64,000 bases of DNA from Schmidtea polychroa. Taxonomy: Eukaryota. Shown piece after piece: positions 1 through 16,170 of this stretch. The notes under the pieces were generated by a model, which was not told where the DNA came from, searched no databases, and saw nothing but the letters and a program-made list of their open reading frames with translations. Made by a program: the position numbers and the translations under genes. Position 1 is the first letter of the stretch, and each line of letters begins with the position of its first letter. The stretch lies in assembly GCA_044892525.1 (NCBI GenBank), contig CM097885.1, forward strand, positions 10,790,001 through 10,854,000. Reading direction: 5' to 3'.

Positions 1-1133
<1,133 letters not shown>

Positions 1134-1135
<2 letters not shown>

Positions 1136-3260
1136 CACCTGAGAATAATATTGTTAAATTATCTCTGTGTTATTAAAATTATCTTTCAACTTTACGCTGC
1201 TTACCATTTTAGAATAAGATTTTTTATCAAAATTTGTGTTAATTTGACTGATTCAATTTGATGGAGTTATTGTTAATTCGTTTTATTATATATATACTCG
1301 GAGTTTATCCGACAAGATATTTTCTCCCTCTATGGGTACTGTTCAGAATTGGTACTGCTCGTAAGGGTTCTGGTCGTAAAGGTACTGTTGTGTATTATTT
1401 AGGCAAATTTTTGGTTATTATTTAGCATTAAATTCATTGGTAATTTTTAGAGTTAGCGGGATTTTACTAACATTATTACTAACTTTTTTGTGAATAATTG
1501 AAATATTTTGAAATTTAACGTTTTAGTGTTAATTCTAAGACAAATTTAATTAATTTCTTGATAATTTGCTATATTTTATTGACTTGTTTTTAAATTTACT
1601 TTTAAATAAAAATTATTTTTAATGACAGTTAGGTTAATAATTAGAGTTTTTACAATAATCAAGTGATTATTATTTAATTTTTGTAAAAATTATTGTAAAA
1701 TATACTGAAATTTGTGATTTGAAAGATATATCACGTTATAATTGCTATATAATTAGCTGAATCGATGAAGAATTATGATCAATCAATATATTTCATCTCT
1801 AGTTAGGTATTTGATGGTAAATGTGGTGAAATATTTGTAGAAAATATTGATTTTAGTAAATTTTGATTTTTTTAATGGGCTCTTTGAATTTAGCTACTAA
1901 ATTATTTCAATGGAAGGATGTCTGTAACAATTAAATAAAATTCATATTTTGAAGAGTTTTCTATGGATTTTAAGAGAATTGATATATTAAAGGTCTGAGA
2001 TATTAAAGTCGGTTGGTTAAGATGGTAATATATGATTTTTAAGGGGGTGTTTAAAATGATAGAAATATTTGGTGAGGGATCGGTTAAGGGGGAAATGTTT
2101 GAAATCTCTATTTAAATCGACAATGTTCTTATTGGTAAATTTTAAATGGAAATAGTCAGTATTTAGCTATGAATTAATAATAGTTCCTGTGAAATTATAT
2201 CGTTTTAGAGGTTTATTAGGTTGTGATGAATGTTATTGCACAGTAATTTAGATTTATGTTTTAGAACCAGTTTTTTATTAATTATCCAATGTTTTATTAA
2301 GTTGTTTAGAATAAATGATCAATTTACTTGGTTTTCACAATGAAATATTTGAAATCTTTAGAATTAATTGATATCAATGGTTATTGCTTTAAATTATTTT
2401 TATTTAAGAAGTTATTTTATTCATTTTGGGGATATCGTTGACAAAGCTTGAGAAATATTAACTTAAAAGAATTGGAAAACAACTAAAGAAAAGTGATCTT
2501 TGAAGGAAATTTATGATTTTAATTAGATTTCTAGAAATTAAATAGGTTGAATATCAGTTAATCTATTGAAGGAATATTGTTATCGGAGGGATAAATCTTT
2601 CAATGACATTTTCCTAAATTACATTATATTATTATTATTATTTTATATGACTAAATTAACCAATATTCATAAATTTATCGCACAAAATATCCATGTTTTG
2701 GTTACTCAAACATCTTAAATTTCTCGCAAAGATATATTACGTCTAATGATCATTTAATTAAATTAGAAAATAATTGTTACTTTATAATATATATATTTCT
2801 AACTAATAAGCCCCTTAATTGGTTAAATGATAACCATATTTCTATTATGACTCCTTTAATTATTTTTGCCTCAAAAAAATTTACTCCAAATGATAAAGAA
2901 TTTAAAATTATCAATGAATAATGACCATGTTTTTCTCATATTATTAACTAATATAACGAACATTAGATGAATAAATTAATTTTTGCTTTAAATGACTACA
3001 AAGTTAACCAATAAATTAGTCGCTCGACATAAGTGTAAAGTTACATTTAAAATATTCACGATCATCTCACTAAATTACCTAAGAATTTCTAAATGATTAA
3101 TATTGCGACATGTTGATTGTGAGTAGTACCCATATGAGCAATACCCATAGGGGGACAGAATATTTTGTCGGATAAACTCGGAGTATATGGTCTTTATTGA
3201 TATATCAAAATACTGTTATTTATAAATCAACTAAAAAAAACTCAAAAATACTATATTAAT
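1134..3260 (+). repeat. Non-coding unit U, copy 1, containing inward-facing M motifs at 1292 and 3188
   Basis: Colinear with 20660-22780 and 29977-32252; no ORF of 60 aa or more. Confidence 0.9.
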
Positions 3261-4992
3261 TTACTGAATGATACCGTAAATGTTTTTAATATATCTATTT
3301 CTAAAATAAATCGACAGCTCAGACCAACAATATGAATGGATTGTTAATTTATTTCCAGTGTCACGTCCCTCAAAAATACCGTGAGTGTTTTAACAAAACT
3401 GAGCTCAAAGAAACTTTCCAGATAACAACTCACCTGAATGTTTTGAAAATAAAATGAGAACAAACGATTAGATGGCGATTAACTTCTGGCCACAACCCTA
3501 ACAACATGAAAATTAAGATTTTAATTATTGAATTCGTTGTTTTCTGCCTGGAAATACTAACAGAATATTTTTTAATTCAAAGAATCTTCATTATAAATTT
3601 TTGAATTTAAAAAATTAAATGAAGGATATATAAGTGTACATAATATTATAATATTATATAAAATTATACTATATTTATTAATAAATTTAGAATACATAAT
3701 ATTATAATATTATATAAAATTATACTATATAATAATGTTTAAATATGCTTAAATAACTAAAGTGTTTAAATATGTTTAAATAACTAAATTTAAATTATTT
3801 AAATATAATTCTGATATAACGTTATTTCTTTCGTTTTAGTATCCATAAAGTAAGTAAATAAAGAATTTACTAAAATATTTTAATTATTTTACTTAGTAAT
3901 GAAGAAAATGAATTATATGATTATGAAGAAGATGAACCAGATAAAATGGTGAAACACTAAATGACTTATGTTCTGGATTTAGAGATTTCTTATTAAAACA
4001 TGAATTATTGGATTATGAGGAAGATGAACCAGACAAAATGGTGAAACACTAAAGGAGTTATAGTTCCGGATTTTTTAAATGAATTAGCTGATTGGGGGTG
4101 TCCTTCAACATGAATTATCAGATTTAAATTATGTAAACTTTCAACGAATGTCAAGAAAAAATGGGAAAAATCGACGTTTTAGCAATTAAGTAAAGTACTC
4201 GTCATACCTGAAGAATATTATTATTAATGTAAGACATGAATTAATTCTTTAATATATATATATATATTATATTTAGGTATCTGTGTTTTATGGTGGGAAA
4301 TGTCATTGAAAAAGTATACCACAAATAACAGTTGCCTAATAGTCAGACAGAATTTAATTTGTGACGATAAAATGCTAGATAATGTAAGTTAATTGCTTTT
4401 AAATCAATATAAATTTTAGCAATGATAGTTGACACCGCATCAGAAACTAAGAAATACGTCCAATTTGCAAGATGTATTCCAAATGGCCCGATGGAGATGA
4501 TAATTTTGAGATAGATTACCAGCAGAAGAGCGAGAAAAATTTGTAAATTAAATATAATAGGGTTGGGTGGGTCCTCTTTATCCCTTAATTAATATATATT
4601 TACAAGCTGATCGTCGTGGTGGGCGGTTGTAATCCAACTAGTGGGATGCCTCTGTAAATATATATATTTGTGTTAGTGAAAACATTAATTAATTTGGTTA
4701 TAGTGCCAATGACGCATGTATTTTGAAATTATACGTTTCGAATGTGCTGGTAGTTGACTACCCATGCTAGGTGTAATGTTCCGTACGGAAAACTATAATG
4801 CCCAGGTTCTTCTGACCCCACTTGAGGGAGGCACAGACGACCCTTGTGGACGCGAACAAATATCCACCGTGTCTTTCAGGCACAGATATTTGGTCACTGC
4901 TCATTAGGCCTGGCAATAATAAATGCATAAACTTTGCCTTGTCCTCTCTTGTCTTGATTTTTATCGTTTAAATATTAAAGTGTGTGTTATAA

Positions 4993-5292
4993 GTTTTATT
5001 TACTAACCTTAATAAACCATAATATGCTTTAAAATCGAAAACCCTTGCGACATGTTGAGTGTGAGTAGTACCCTTGCTAGCAATACCCATAGGGGGACAG
5101 AATATTTTGTCGGATAGACTAGGAGTATATACACCCATGTTAAACAAGGTGTGTGTATATAGAATGTATGTATAAAATTATCGCTCCTTATTGACAACTT
5201 CCTGTAAAGGCAAACACAGAATATTGCAAACATATAATAATTCTCTACCCCATAACTTAGTGTGTAAAAATTATTTTAAGTTTTTCACTAAT

Positions 5293-5328
<36 letters not shown>

Positions 5329-5370
5329 GTTTAATGGGTTGTGTGTGTGTAAAAAATATTTTAGGTTTTC

Positions 5371-5403
<33 letters not shown>

Positions 5404-5781
5404 TATAATAATAATACTTTGAAATTGTATTTGAAAATAATTTGCGACATTTTGATTGTGAGCAGTACCTTTGTGACCAATACCCATAGGGGGACAGAAT
5501 ATCTTGTCGGATAAACTCGGAGTATATATAATAATAATCATAATAATAATATTAATAATAATAATATTGATTAAAACTTTGAAAATAATTCTTTGAAATT
5601 AATACTTTGAACAATATTTGATGAAAAAGTTCCTGAAATAATCATGAAAATGTTGAAAATCGTGAAAATATTGAAAATGTAGAAAATTATGAAAATATTG
5701 ATAATTATTAAAAAATGCAAATGATGAAAATGTTGAAAATCGTGAAATTGATGTAGAAATTAAGTTTTATGAATAATTGCA

Positions 5782-5861
<80 letters not shown>

Positions 5862-6009
5862 TAATAATAATAATACTTTGAAATTGTATTTGAAAATAAT
5901 TTGCGACATGTTGATTGTGAAAAGTACTTTTGTGACCAATATCCATAGGGGGACAGAATATCTTGTCGGATAAACTCGGAGTATATATAATAATAATCAT
6001 AATAATAAT

Positions 6010-6084
<75 letters not shown>

Positions 6085-6133
6085 CAACGATTTAAACAAA
6101 TTAAATTATTAAGTAATCGATAATTAAAACAAA
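4993..6133 (-). repeat. Inverted repeat arm (pairs with 1-1135)
   Basis: Direct sequence comparison. Confidence 0.97.
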
Positions 6134-6139
6134 AATTAT

Positions 6140-8450
6140 TAGTTCTAAAAATATTAGGCATCGTTCTAAAAATATGATGAGTCATCGTTCTAAAAATATT
6201 AGGCATCGTTTTAAAAATATGATGTAATCATTCTAAAAATATTAGGCATCGTTCTAAAAATAAGAGGCATCGTTCTAAAAATATGATGTAATCATTCTAA
6301 AAATAAGAGGCATCGTTCTAAAAATATGATGAGTCATCGTTCTAAAAATATTAGGCATCGTTCTAAAAATATGATGTAATCATTCTAAAAATATTAGGCA
6401 TCGTTCTAAAAATAAGAGGCATCGTTCTAAAAATATGATGTAATCATTCTAAAAATATTAGGCATCATTCTAAAAATATTAGGCATCGTTCTAAAAAATA
6501 AGGTGAGTCATTGTCTTTGTTCTAAAAATGTGATGAGTCATTGTATGATAGGAATCTATAGCTCATCTTAAAGGTCTTGCATTGAGCTTTAAGATGAGGT
6601 ATCGTCCAATAAATTCAGATGATGAAAACAATAACTTTTGGGCAAACGAAAACCATGTCACCGCTAGATCACTAATAATATTTTGAAAAATAATTTAACT
6701 TTGAAAAGATGGTGGTCATCAATTGTTAATAACATTAAAACTATTAAAGATATATAAAATACCTATAGCACATCTTAAAGGTCTGGCACTGGGCTTTAAG
6801 ATGAGGTATCGTTCAATAAAATTTGTTGGCGGGAACATTAATATTTGGGAAGAAAAAAAAGTAGGTCACCGTTGGATCACTAATAATATTTTGAATAATA
6901 AGATGAGGCGTCGATTACATAATAGTTCTAAAAATATGTGGCATCGTTCTAAAAATATGAGGCACCGATTACACAATAGTTCTAAAAATATGAGGCATCG
7001 TTCTAAAAATATGACGTAATCGTTCTAAAAATATTAGGCATCGTTCTAAAAATATTAGGCATCATTCTAAAAATATTAGACATCGTTCTAAAAATATTAG
7101 GCACCATTCTAAAAGTATGACGTAATCGTTCTAAAAATATTAGGCATCGTTCTAAAAATATTAGGCATCATTCTAAAAATATTAGGCATCATTCTAAAAA
7201 TATTAGGCATCGTTCTAAAATTATGACGTAATCATTCTAAAAATAAGAGGCACCATTCTAAAAGTATGACGTAATCGTTCTAAAAATATTAGGCATCGTT
7301 CTAAAAATATTAGGCATCATTCTAAAAATATTAGGCATCGTTGGGTGAGTCATTGGGTGAGTCATTCTCTTTGTTAATATTAATGATGATGATACTTTCA
7401 ATAGCTCATTCGAAAGGTCTTGCACTAAGCTTTAAGATGAGGTATCGTTCAATAAATTCAGATGATGGAAACATTAATTTTTGGGATGAAAAAAGTAGGT
7501 CACCGCTGGACCAAATAATAATATTTTGAATAATAATAATTTAACGTTGAAAAGATGGTGGTCATCAATTGTTAATAACATTAAAACTATTAAAGATATA
7601 TAAAATACCTATAGCATATCTTAAAGGTCTGGCACTGGGCTTTAAGATGAGGTATCGTTCAATAAAATTTGTTGGCGGGAACATTACTTTTGGGAAGAAA
7701 AAAAGTAGGTCACCGCTGGATCAATTAATTTTAAAAAATTACGTAATAGTTCTAAAAATATTAGGCATCGTTCTAAAAATATTAGGCATCATTCTAAAAA
7801 TATTAGGCATCATTCTAAAAATATTAGGCATCGTTCTAAAATTATGACGTAATCATTCTAAAAATAAGAGGCACCATTCTAAAAGTATGACGTAATCGTT
7901 CTAAAAATATTAGGCATCGTTCTAAAAATATTAGGCATCATTCTAAAAATATTAGGCATCGTTGGGTGAGTCATTGGGTGAGTCATTCTCTTTGTTAATA
8001 TTAATGATGATGATACTTTCAATAGCTCATTCGAAAGGTCTTGCACTAAGCTTTAAGATGAGGTATCGTTCAATAAATTCAGATGATGGAAACATTAATT
8101 TTCGGGATGAAAAAAAGTAGGTCACCGCTGGACCAAATAATAATATTTTGAATAATAATAATTTAACGTTGAAAAGATGGTGGTCATCAATTGTTAATAA
8201 CATTAAAACTATTAAAGATATATAAAATACCTATAGCATATCTTAAAGGTCTGGCACTGGGCTTTAAGATGAGGTATCGTTCAATAAAATTTGTTGGCGG
8301 GAACATTACTTTTGGGAAGAAAAAAAGTAGGTCACCGCTGGACCAATTAATTTTAAAAAATTACGTAATAGTTCTAAAAATATTAGGCATCGTTCTAAAA
8401 ATATTAGGCATTGATTACGTAATAGTTCTAAAAATATGTGGTATCGTTCT
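6140..8450 (+). repeat. Sub-terminal minisatellite (~21-bp unit TTCTAAAAATATTAGGCATCG) interleaved with ~130-bp palindrome-containing blocks; ~620-bp higher-order duplication
   Basis: Dozens of unit copies visible; 7340-7790 is repeated at 7960-8410. Confidence 0.92.
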
Positions 8451-8532
8451 AAAAAAAATTTTTTTTTCCGGGGGGGGGGAAGGGGTATATGTGATGCGGG
8501 GAGCTCCTGATCTGGGGAGCCCCAATCATACT

Positions 8533-9075
8533 ATAATTATATTTAATTTTATATTTATTTACGTTTTTAATGTATTTTTTAAATTTATTAAGTAAATATT
8601 ATTTTTAAATTAATATTTATTTATTTTCCATAAAGACCTTCATTGCTATCGAACTATAAATCTCCTTTAAATTACAATGATAAAAATAACCTATAAAAGC
8701 TAAAAATTATCATAATTTAATTACTATCACTTACTATAATGTAAATTTTATTTACAATAAAAAGACAAATAATAAAATTCCATATAAATATATGATAAAT
8801 TATGATAAAAATAAACTGTCAAATGCTGAAATTAACTATAAATATCCCTTGACTTTAAATAAAAATTGCTTAAAATAATTTACAATAAATAGAGAAATAT
8901 TTCAATACTTTATTATTATAACATTGAAGGGCTTCCTATAGATAAACTCAACATTTGGAAATATTTGTCAAAGTAATAACGGAGCGTGAAATTTAGATTT
9001 TCTATGAAATTTTATCGATTTCCGATATTTCATAAGCTATTGATTTAATGATTTACGTTGCTGTTTCAAATGGTT
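8533..9075 (+). repeat. Dispersed repeat, direct copy at 56418-56957
   Basis: Near-identical ~540 bp (ATAATTATATTTAATTTT...GCTGTTTCAAATGGT). Confidence 0.92.
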
Positions 9076-10394
9076 GAAAATGAAATCATTTTTATACATT
9101 TTCTGCTTATCCTATTGGTTCAAAATTAGATTTATTTTATTTACCACATTTTCTATTTACCAAATAAAGCGGCCGTTTCAATAATAAAATGGCATCTCAA
9201 TTTTTTATAAGTTTTAGATTGGCTTTGTCTATTTTGACAGAATTTCAGATCTTTTCAGTTTCTAGATATTTATTTGATGGAAATTTATTTAAATGTTTTA
9301 AAATTTTCACATAAATTAAGCTATTTAGCAGGAAATATTAAAATAATTTAATTTAATTTAAATAATTTTTATTTTTATTCTCATTTTCATATTGAATAAA
9401 TCTCTATTCTCAAGAATTTTTATTTTTTCTCACTAAAATCCGAAATTTATTTTAATTACATAATATTATTGTGTGACAAAATATATTTTATTATTAATTG
9501 TTTTCAATAGTCATAATCAATTATTTTATATTCCTTTAGTCTTTATCTGATTGGTCAAATGAACAAATTTTACATTGGCTGTGCCCAGTAATATTAGTAG
9601 AATTGTCGCATTTATCTCCTTTTTGAATTTGGATGAATTTCGTGTCTGATTCCTTTCTAACAATAGCCTGAAATACAAAATAAAAATAATAATAAAAATT
9701 CAAATATAATGAAATCACCTTGATATTTTTTATCATCAGTCGATGTTTTATCAAATTCCTCGTCATGTTTATATTCAAGTAAATTTTTTTTTTTGAGACT
9801 TGAGATGTTCCGAAGGTTATAAATGTCTAAAATGCTACTAGTGTGTAATAAGGAGTATGGCCCGTGACATATTTGGCTTGAAGCATCCCTCGAAAATGTT
9901 TTGCGAGAGTTTAATTATTTTTTTCTTTAAATAAGTGAATTAATTTTAATTTTTGTTTAAATGAAGTGAATTATTTTTTATTTTAATTGGTTTTACACTA
10001 TAGGTGTGAGATGCGGATAAATCCGAATACTATTGAATAGACCTTTGTTTGGTTTTCGGGAAAATATTTTTTTTTAATATATAATTAATGTATTATGTTC
10101 ACTTGGTCATTCTACGCGTGTTTCAAATTTTCAAATCACAATTATATCTTTAACTTTCATTTTGACGGATAATTGACATATTTCCTGACTTTTTATGAAA
10201 TTTTATTCCGAACTTAAAGTGTTAAATGAATATAAAAAAAATATTAATATTTATTTGGTTCTCAAAACTTTTGGTCGAATAATTATGTCAATATGAAAAA
10301 GGTTTTTAGGCTGCCTTTTTGCACAGGAATTGAGGTCTCGATGAAAAGCCATTCTTCTATTAAGAGTTGGGAAATCATTTATCCGGTGAGAACA

Positions 10395-10882
10395 AGTAGT
10401 AGGATGTGTCACCACTGGCACATGTCACCTCTGACACACTACCCGGGGGGGGGTAAAATGAATTTTTTTTTTCAAGGTCAATTTTTAAACAAAGACATAT
10501 GACTCATCAAGGTCATTGAAACAAAGACCATGACTCATGCGATGACTCATCAAGGTCATTAGAACAAAGCCCATGACTCATTCAAGGTCATTGGATGACT
10601 CATCAAGGTCATTAGAACAAAGACCACGACTCATTCAAGGTCATTGGATGACTCATCAAGGTCATTGAAACAAAGACCATGACTCATTCAAGGTCATTGG
10701 ATGACTCATCAAGGTCATATTTTTAAAGGTCAAGGTCATATTTTTAAGGTCAAGGTCATATTTTCACCAAAGGGTATCATTCGAAAGGTATTTGAGAGAT
10801 AAGTATGATGGTCATACCCTCGAAGGTGAATGGTGGGTCCTCGGCCTTCAAAAGGTCAAAAACCTTCGAATTTTTTCAAACT

Positions 10883-10920
<38 letters not shown>

Positions 10921-10980
10921 TCGAAAGGTATTTGAGAGTTAAGTATGATGGTCATACCCTCGAAGGTGAATGGTGGGTCA
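10395..10980 (+). repeat. Outer left TIR, truncated after ~585 bp
   Basis: Matches the start of 13334-14180 and the reverse complement of the end at 34068. Confidence 0.92.
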
Positions 10981-13333
10981 TTGTGGTTTTCTGGCCACCT
11001 GGATGACCATTTACAAACTCTTTACAAACATTTGCTGAGTTTGTAAATGTGATTTAGAAAATAAATATAATAATTATATGTGTTCTTTTTTAATTTAATC
11101 TTGGGGGTTAAGATAACACGGAAGTACCAAAACTTTCAATGTTGTTTAGATCTTATTTGAATCCTAAAGGTTGTAACTTGTTATTATACAAACAACATTA
11201 TGTCTTGTGTAAAAATGTTAGTGTATTTTTAGGAAATAGTTTAAGCCATGATATATTTCCTTGTCTAAATTGTTTCTGTTCATTTCGTACAAACAATGCA
11301 TTAGAAACTCATCAAGTAATATGTGTACAACATAAAGAAGAAAAAGCTACTTTTCATCATGATGAATATAAATATTTCAAAGAGTATCATTACAAGAATA
11401 AAGTCCCATTTGTATGTTATGTAGATTTTGAATGTTGGAATTATAAGAGCAATACTGAAACTGGAGAAAAAACAGAACAATTCGGGTTTTGTTTTGGAAT
11501 ATATTTAAAGAGTAATTATCCAGAATTGATTGAATCAAAATATTTCAAGTATTATGGAGAGCATGCTGTTAAATAATTTGCTAAATTTATTAATAAGATG
11601 AATAAGAAATTAGGGAAAATATTAAAAACTAATTATCCAATAAATATTTCTACAGATGATGATGTTTCTATATTATATAATAGCGCATCTAGATGTTATT
11701 ATTGTAAAAAAGAATTCTCTGAAGGAGAAAATCCGAAGGTTTTGGATCATGATCATTTAAAACAAGAAAATAATTATAGAGGTGTGTAATTATTTTTCTG
11801 TGCTTTTTAGTATGTGCTGCTTTTGTGTGCAGTTTTTTATTTTTCTTCCACTTTTTAGTTTTCAATAATATAAGATGTATCTCACTGAGCTATAAATGAG
11901 AACATCAACGTGAAATTAAAGTAAGTATGTTTCTATAATGTTAAGATTATTGATTTTTTTGTTATATTATAGGAAACGGTTCTCAGTGGTGTTTGGTATA
12001 ATCATTTAATATTCAGAGAGTTGGCTCCGAAAATTAGAAAGGTTTTGACAAGTAGAAATGACAATTATATATCATTCAATGTTGGAGTTTGTAGATTTCT
12101 AGACTCGTATAGAATGATGGCTTTTGGATGAGACTATTTAGCTTCACTTTTCAAACCTGAAGAATGTAAAGTGTATAGTGAATATTATAGAAATATTCCA
12201 GTAAGAAAAGGGATATATCCTTATGAATACATTTCTGGGAAGGAGTTTAGAGATGTTGATGACAAAATGAACGAGGAAGAATAACCAAATATTAGAGAAT
12301 TCTATTCACATTTGAAACAATCTAATATTTCCACCCAAGATTATAATTATGCTCAAGGATCTTGGGAATTATTAAATTGTAGAACTATGAAAGATTACAC
12401 CATGAATTATTTAAAGATGGATGTATGTCTCTTGGTTGATGTATTATGCAATTGATCCATGTTATTGTTATTCATCTCCAGGATTGACATGGTTGGCAGG
12501 ATTGAAACATACTAAAGTAAAATTAAAATATTTTAAACATGAGACTTTTGGTCAATTATTATTTATAGGAATTGGAGTGAGAGGAGGAGCCTCTGGAGCA
12601 TATGGATCAGAGAATGAATTCAATGATGAAAAAACTAAATTCTGGAAAAATTTAGGATTACATAATTTGAATGCTGAACCAAATAATTATTTATATTATT
12701 TTGATGCAAATTCTTTCTATCCAACAGCAATGATTGAAGGGTTGCCAGCTGGAGAAATGAAATGGTGTAGAGACTTGAGTTGGCAACCTTCAGAGAATTC
12801 TGTAGAAGGGTTTATTTACAAAGTAGATTTAAAATATCCAGATAGTATAAAAGAAAAAACTAAACATTTCCAATTTTGTCCTGAGAAAATAAAAGTACCC
12901 GATCAATGGTTATCTCCTTGGGAAATTAAAAATAATTTGAATGTATACAAGACAACTGAAAAATTAATTCAAACTCAACTTGATAAAAAGAATTATGCTG
13001 TGGAAGGAAGGATGTTGGATTGGTATTTGATTAATGGAATGCTTTTGCAAAAAGTTTATTCAAAATTAATGTATAAAAAATCAAAATGGTTGAAATCTTT
13101 CGTTTTTATAGAAAATACAAAAGAAAACGCAATATCAGGCATCTAATGAGAATGATTTTTTCTTAATTTGAATTAAATCTTTCCAACTTCTTTTAAAACT
13201 TTTTGTCGAAATTCCACATCTTTTTCATTCTACCATGACTTGGATATAAGGAAGATTTTCAGTCTCAATATTGGATTTTCATTTAATTCCTAATACTTTA
13301 TTTCCTCTTCGCTTCGATATGCCAAACTGTTCT
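10979..13333 (+). repeat. Inverted duplicate of the right flank 34069-36423
   Basis: Reverse-complement match of 2355 bp including the TSD (TGTTCT at 13328-13333). Confidence 0.95.
11139..13146 (+). pseudogene. Duplicated fragment of decayed pPolB no. 2
   Basis: C2H2-like CLNC..H..C, VCYVDFE, DHDH, FLDSYRMM, RKGIYPYEY, GVRGG, YFDANSFYPTAM; stops and frameshifts. Confidence 0.9.
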
Positions 13334-15508
<2,175 letters not shown>

Positions 15509-16170
15509 AGTTGTGAATAGTAAGTACTCCAACGCACTTTCAAGGTCATGGAATATCAAGATCAAATATAGACCAATCGAATCATTTATTTTTTAAATTA
15601 ACATTTTATTTAATTACTTCTTTTTAATTTTATTAATTAATTATTTTATTATGTTTTATTTTAATTTATTACATTTAATTAATATTATTATTATTATTAT
15701 TATTATTATTTTTTTTTTAAATTAATTTATTTTTTTTTTAAATTTATTTTAATTTAATTACTTCTATTTATTTATTTATTTTTATTTTATTTATTTTTTT
15801 TCTTTTTAATTTTCTTAATTAATTATTTTATTGTTTTTATTTTACATTTACATTATATTCTAACAAGAGGTAAATTATAACAATAATATTTCAATTTGAA
15901 TAAAATTTTAATTAGTAATTATTCAATTTGAATAAAATTTTAATTAGAAATTATTTAATTTATTATAAAATAAAACCCTGAGTTAATTTTAGATAAACCG
16001 GATATTAATTTTTCGGAAAAAATAAATAAATAAATAAAATAAACACAAAAATAATATTTCTTACTTGAAACTAATTATCTAAATTAATGTGACAAATGAA
16101 TAATTAAATGATAAAACACTAAGTCAAACAATTCACAATATATATTTTATTATTCACATAAATTTAATTG

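Noticed and set aside
6140..8450. CRISPR-like appearance of regular repeats (also 10500-10760)
   Set aside because: No unique spacers, eukaryotic context and no cas genes
6723..8595. Repeated ORFs MLITLKLLKIYKIP...
   Set aside because: Read-through of tandem TIR repeats; non-ATG starts and no protein features
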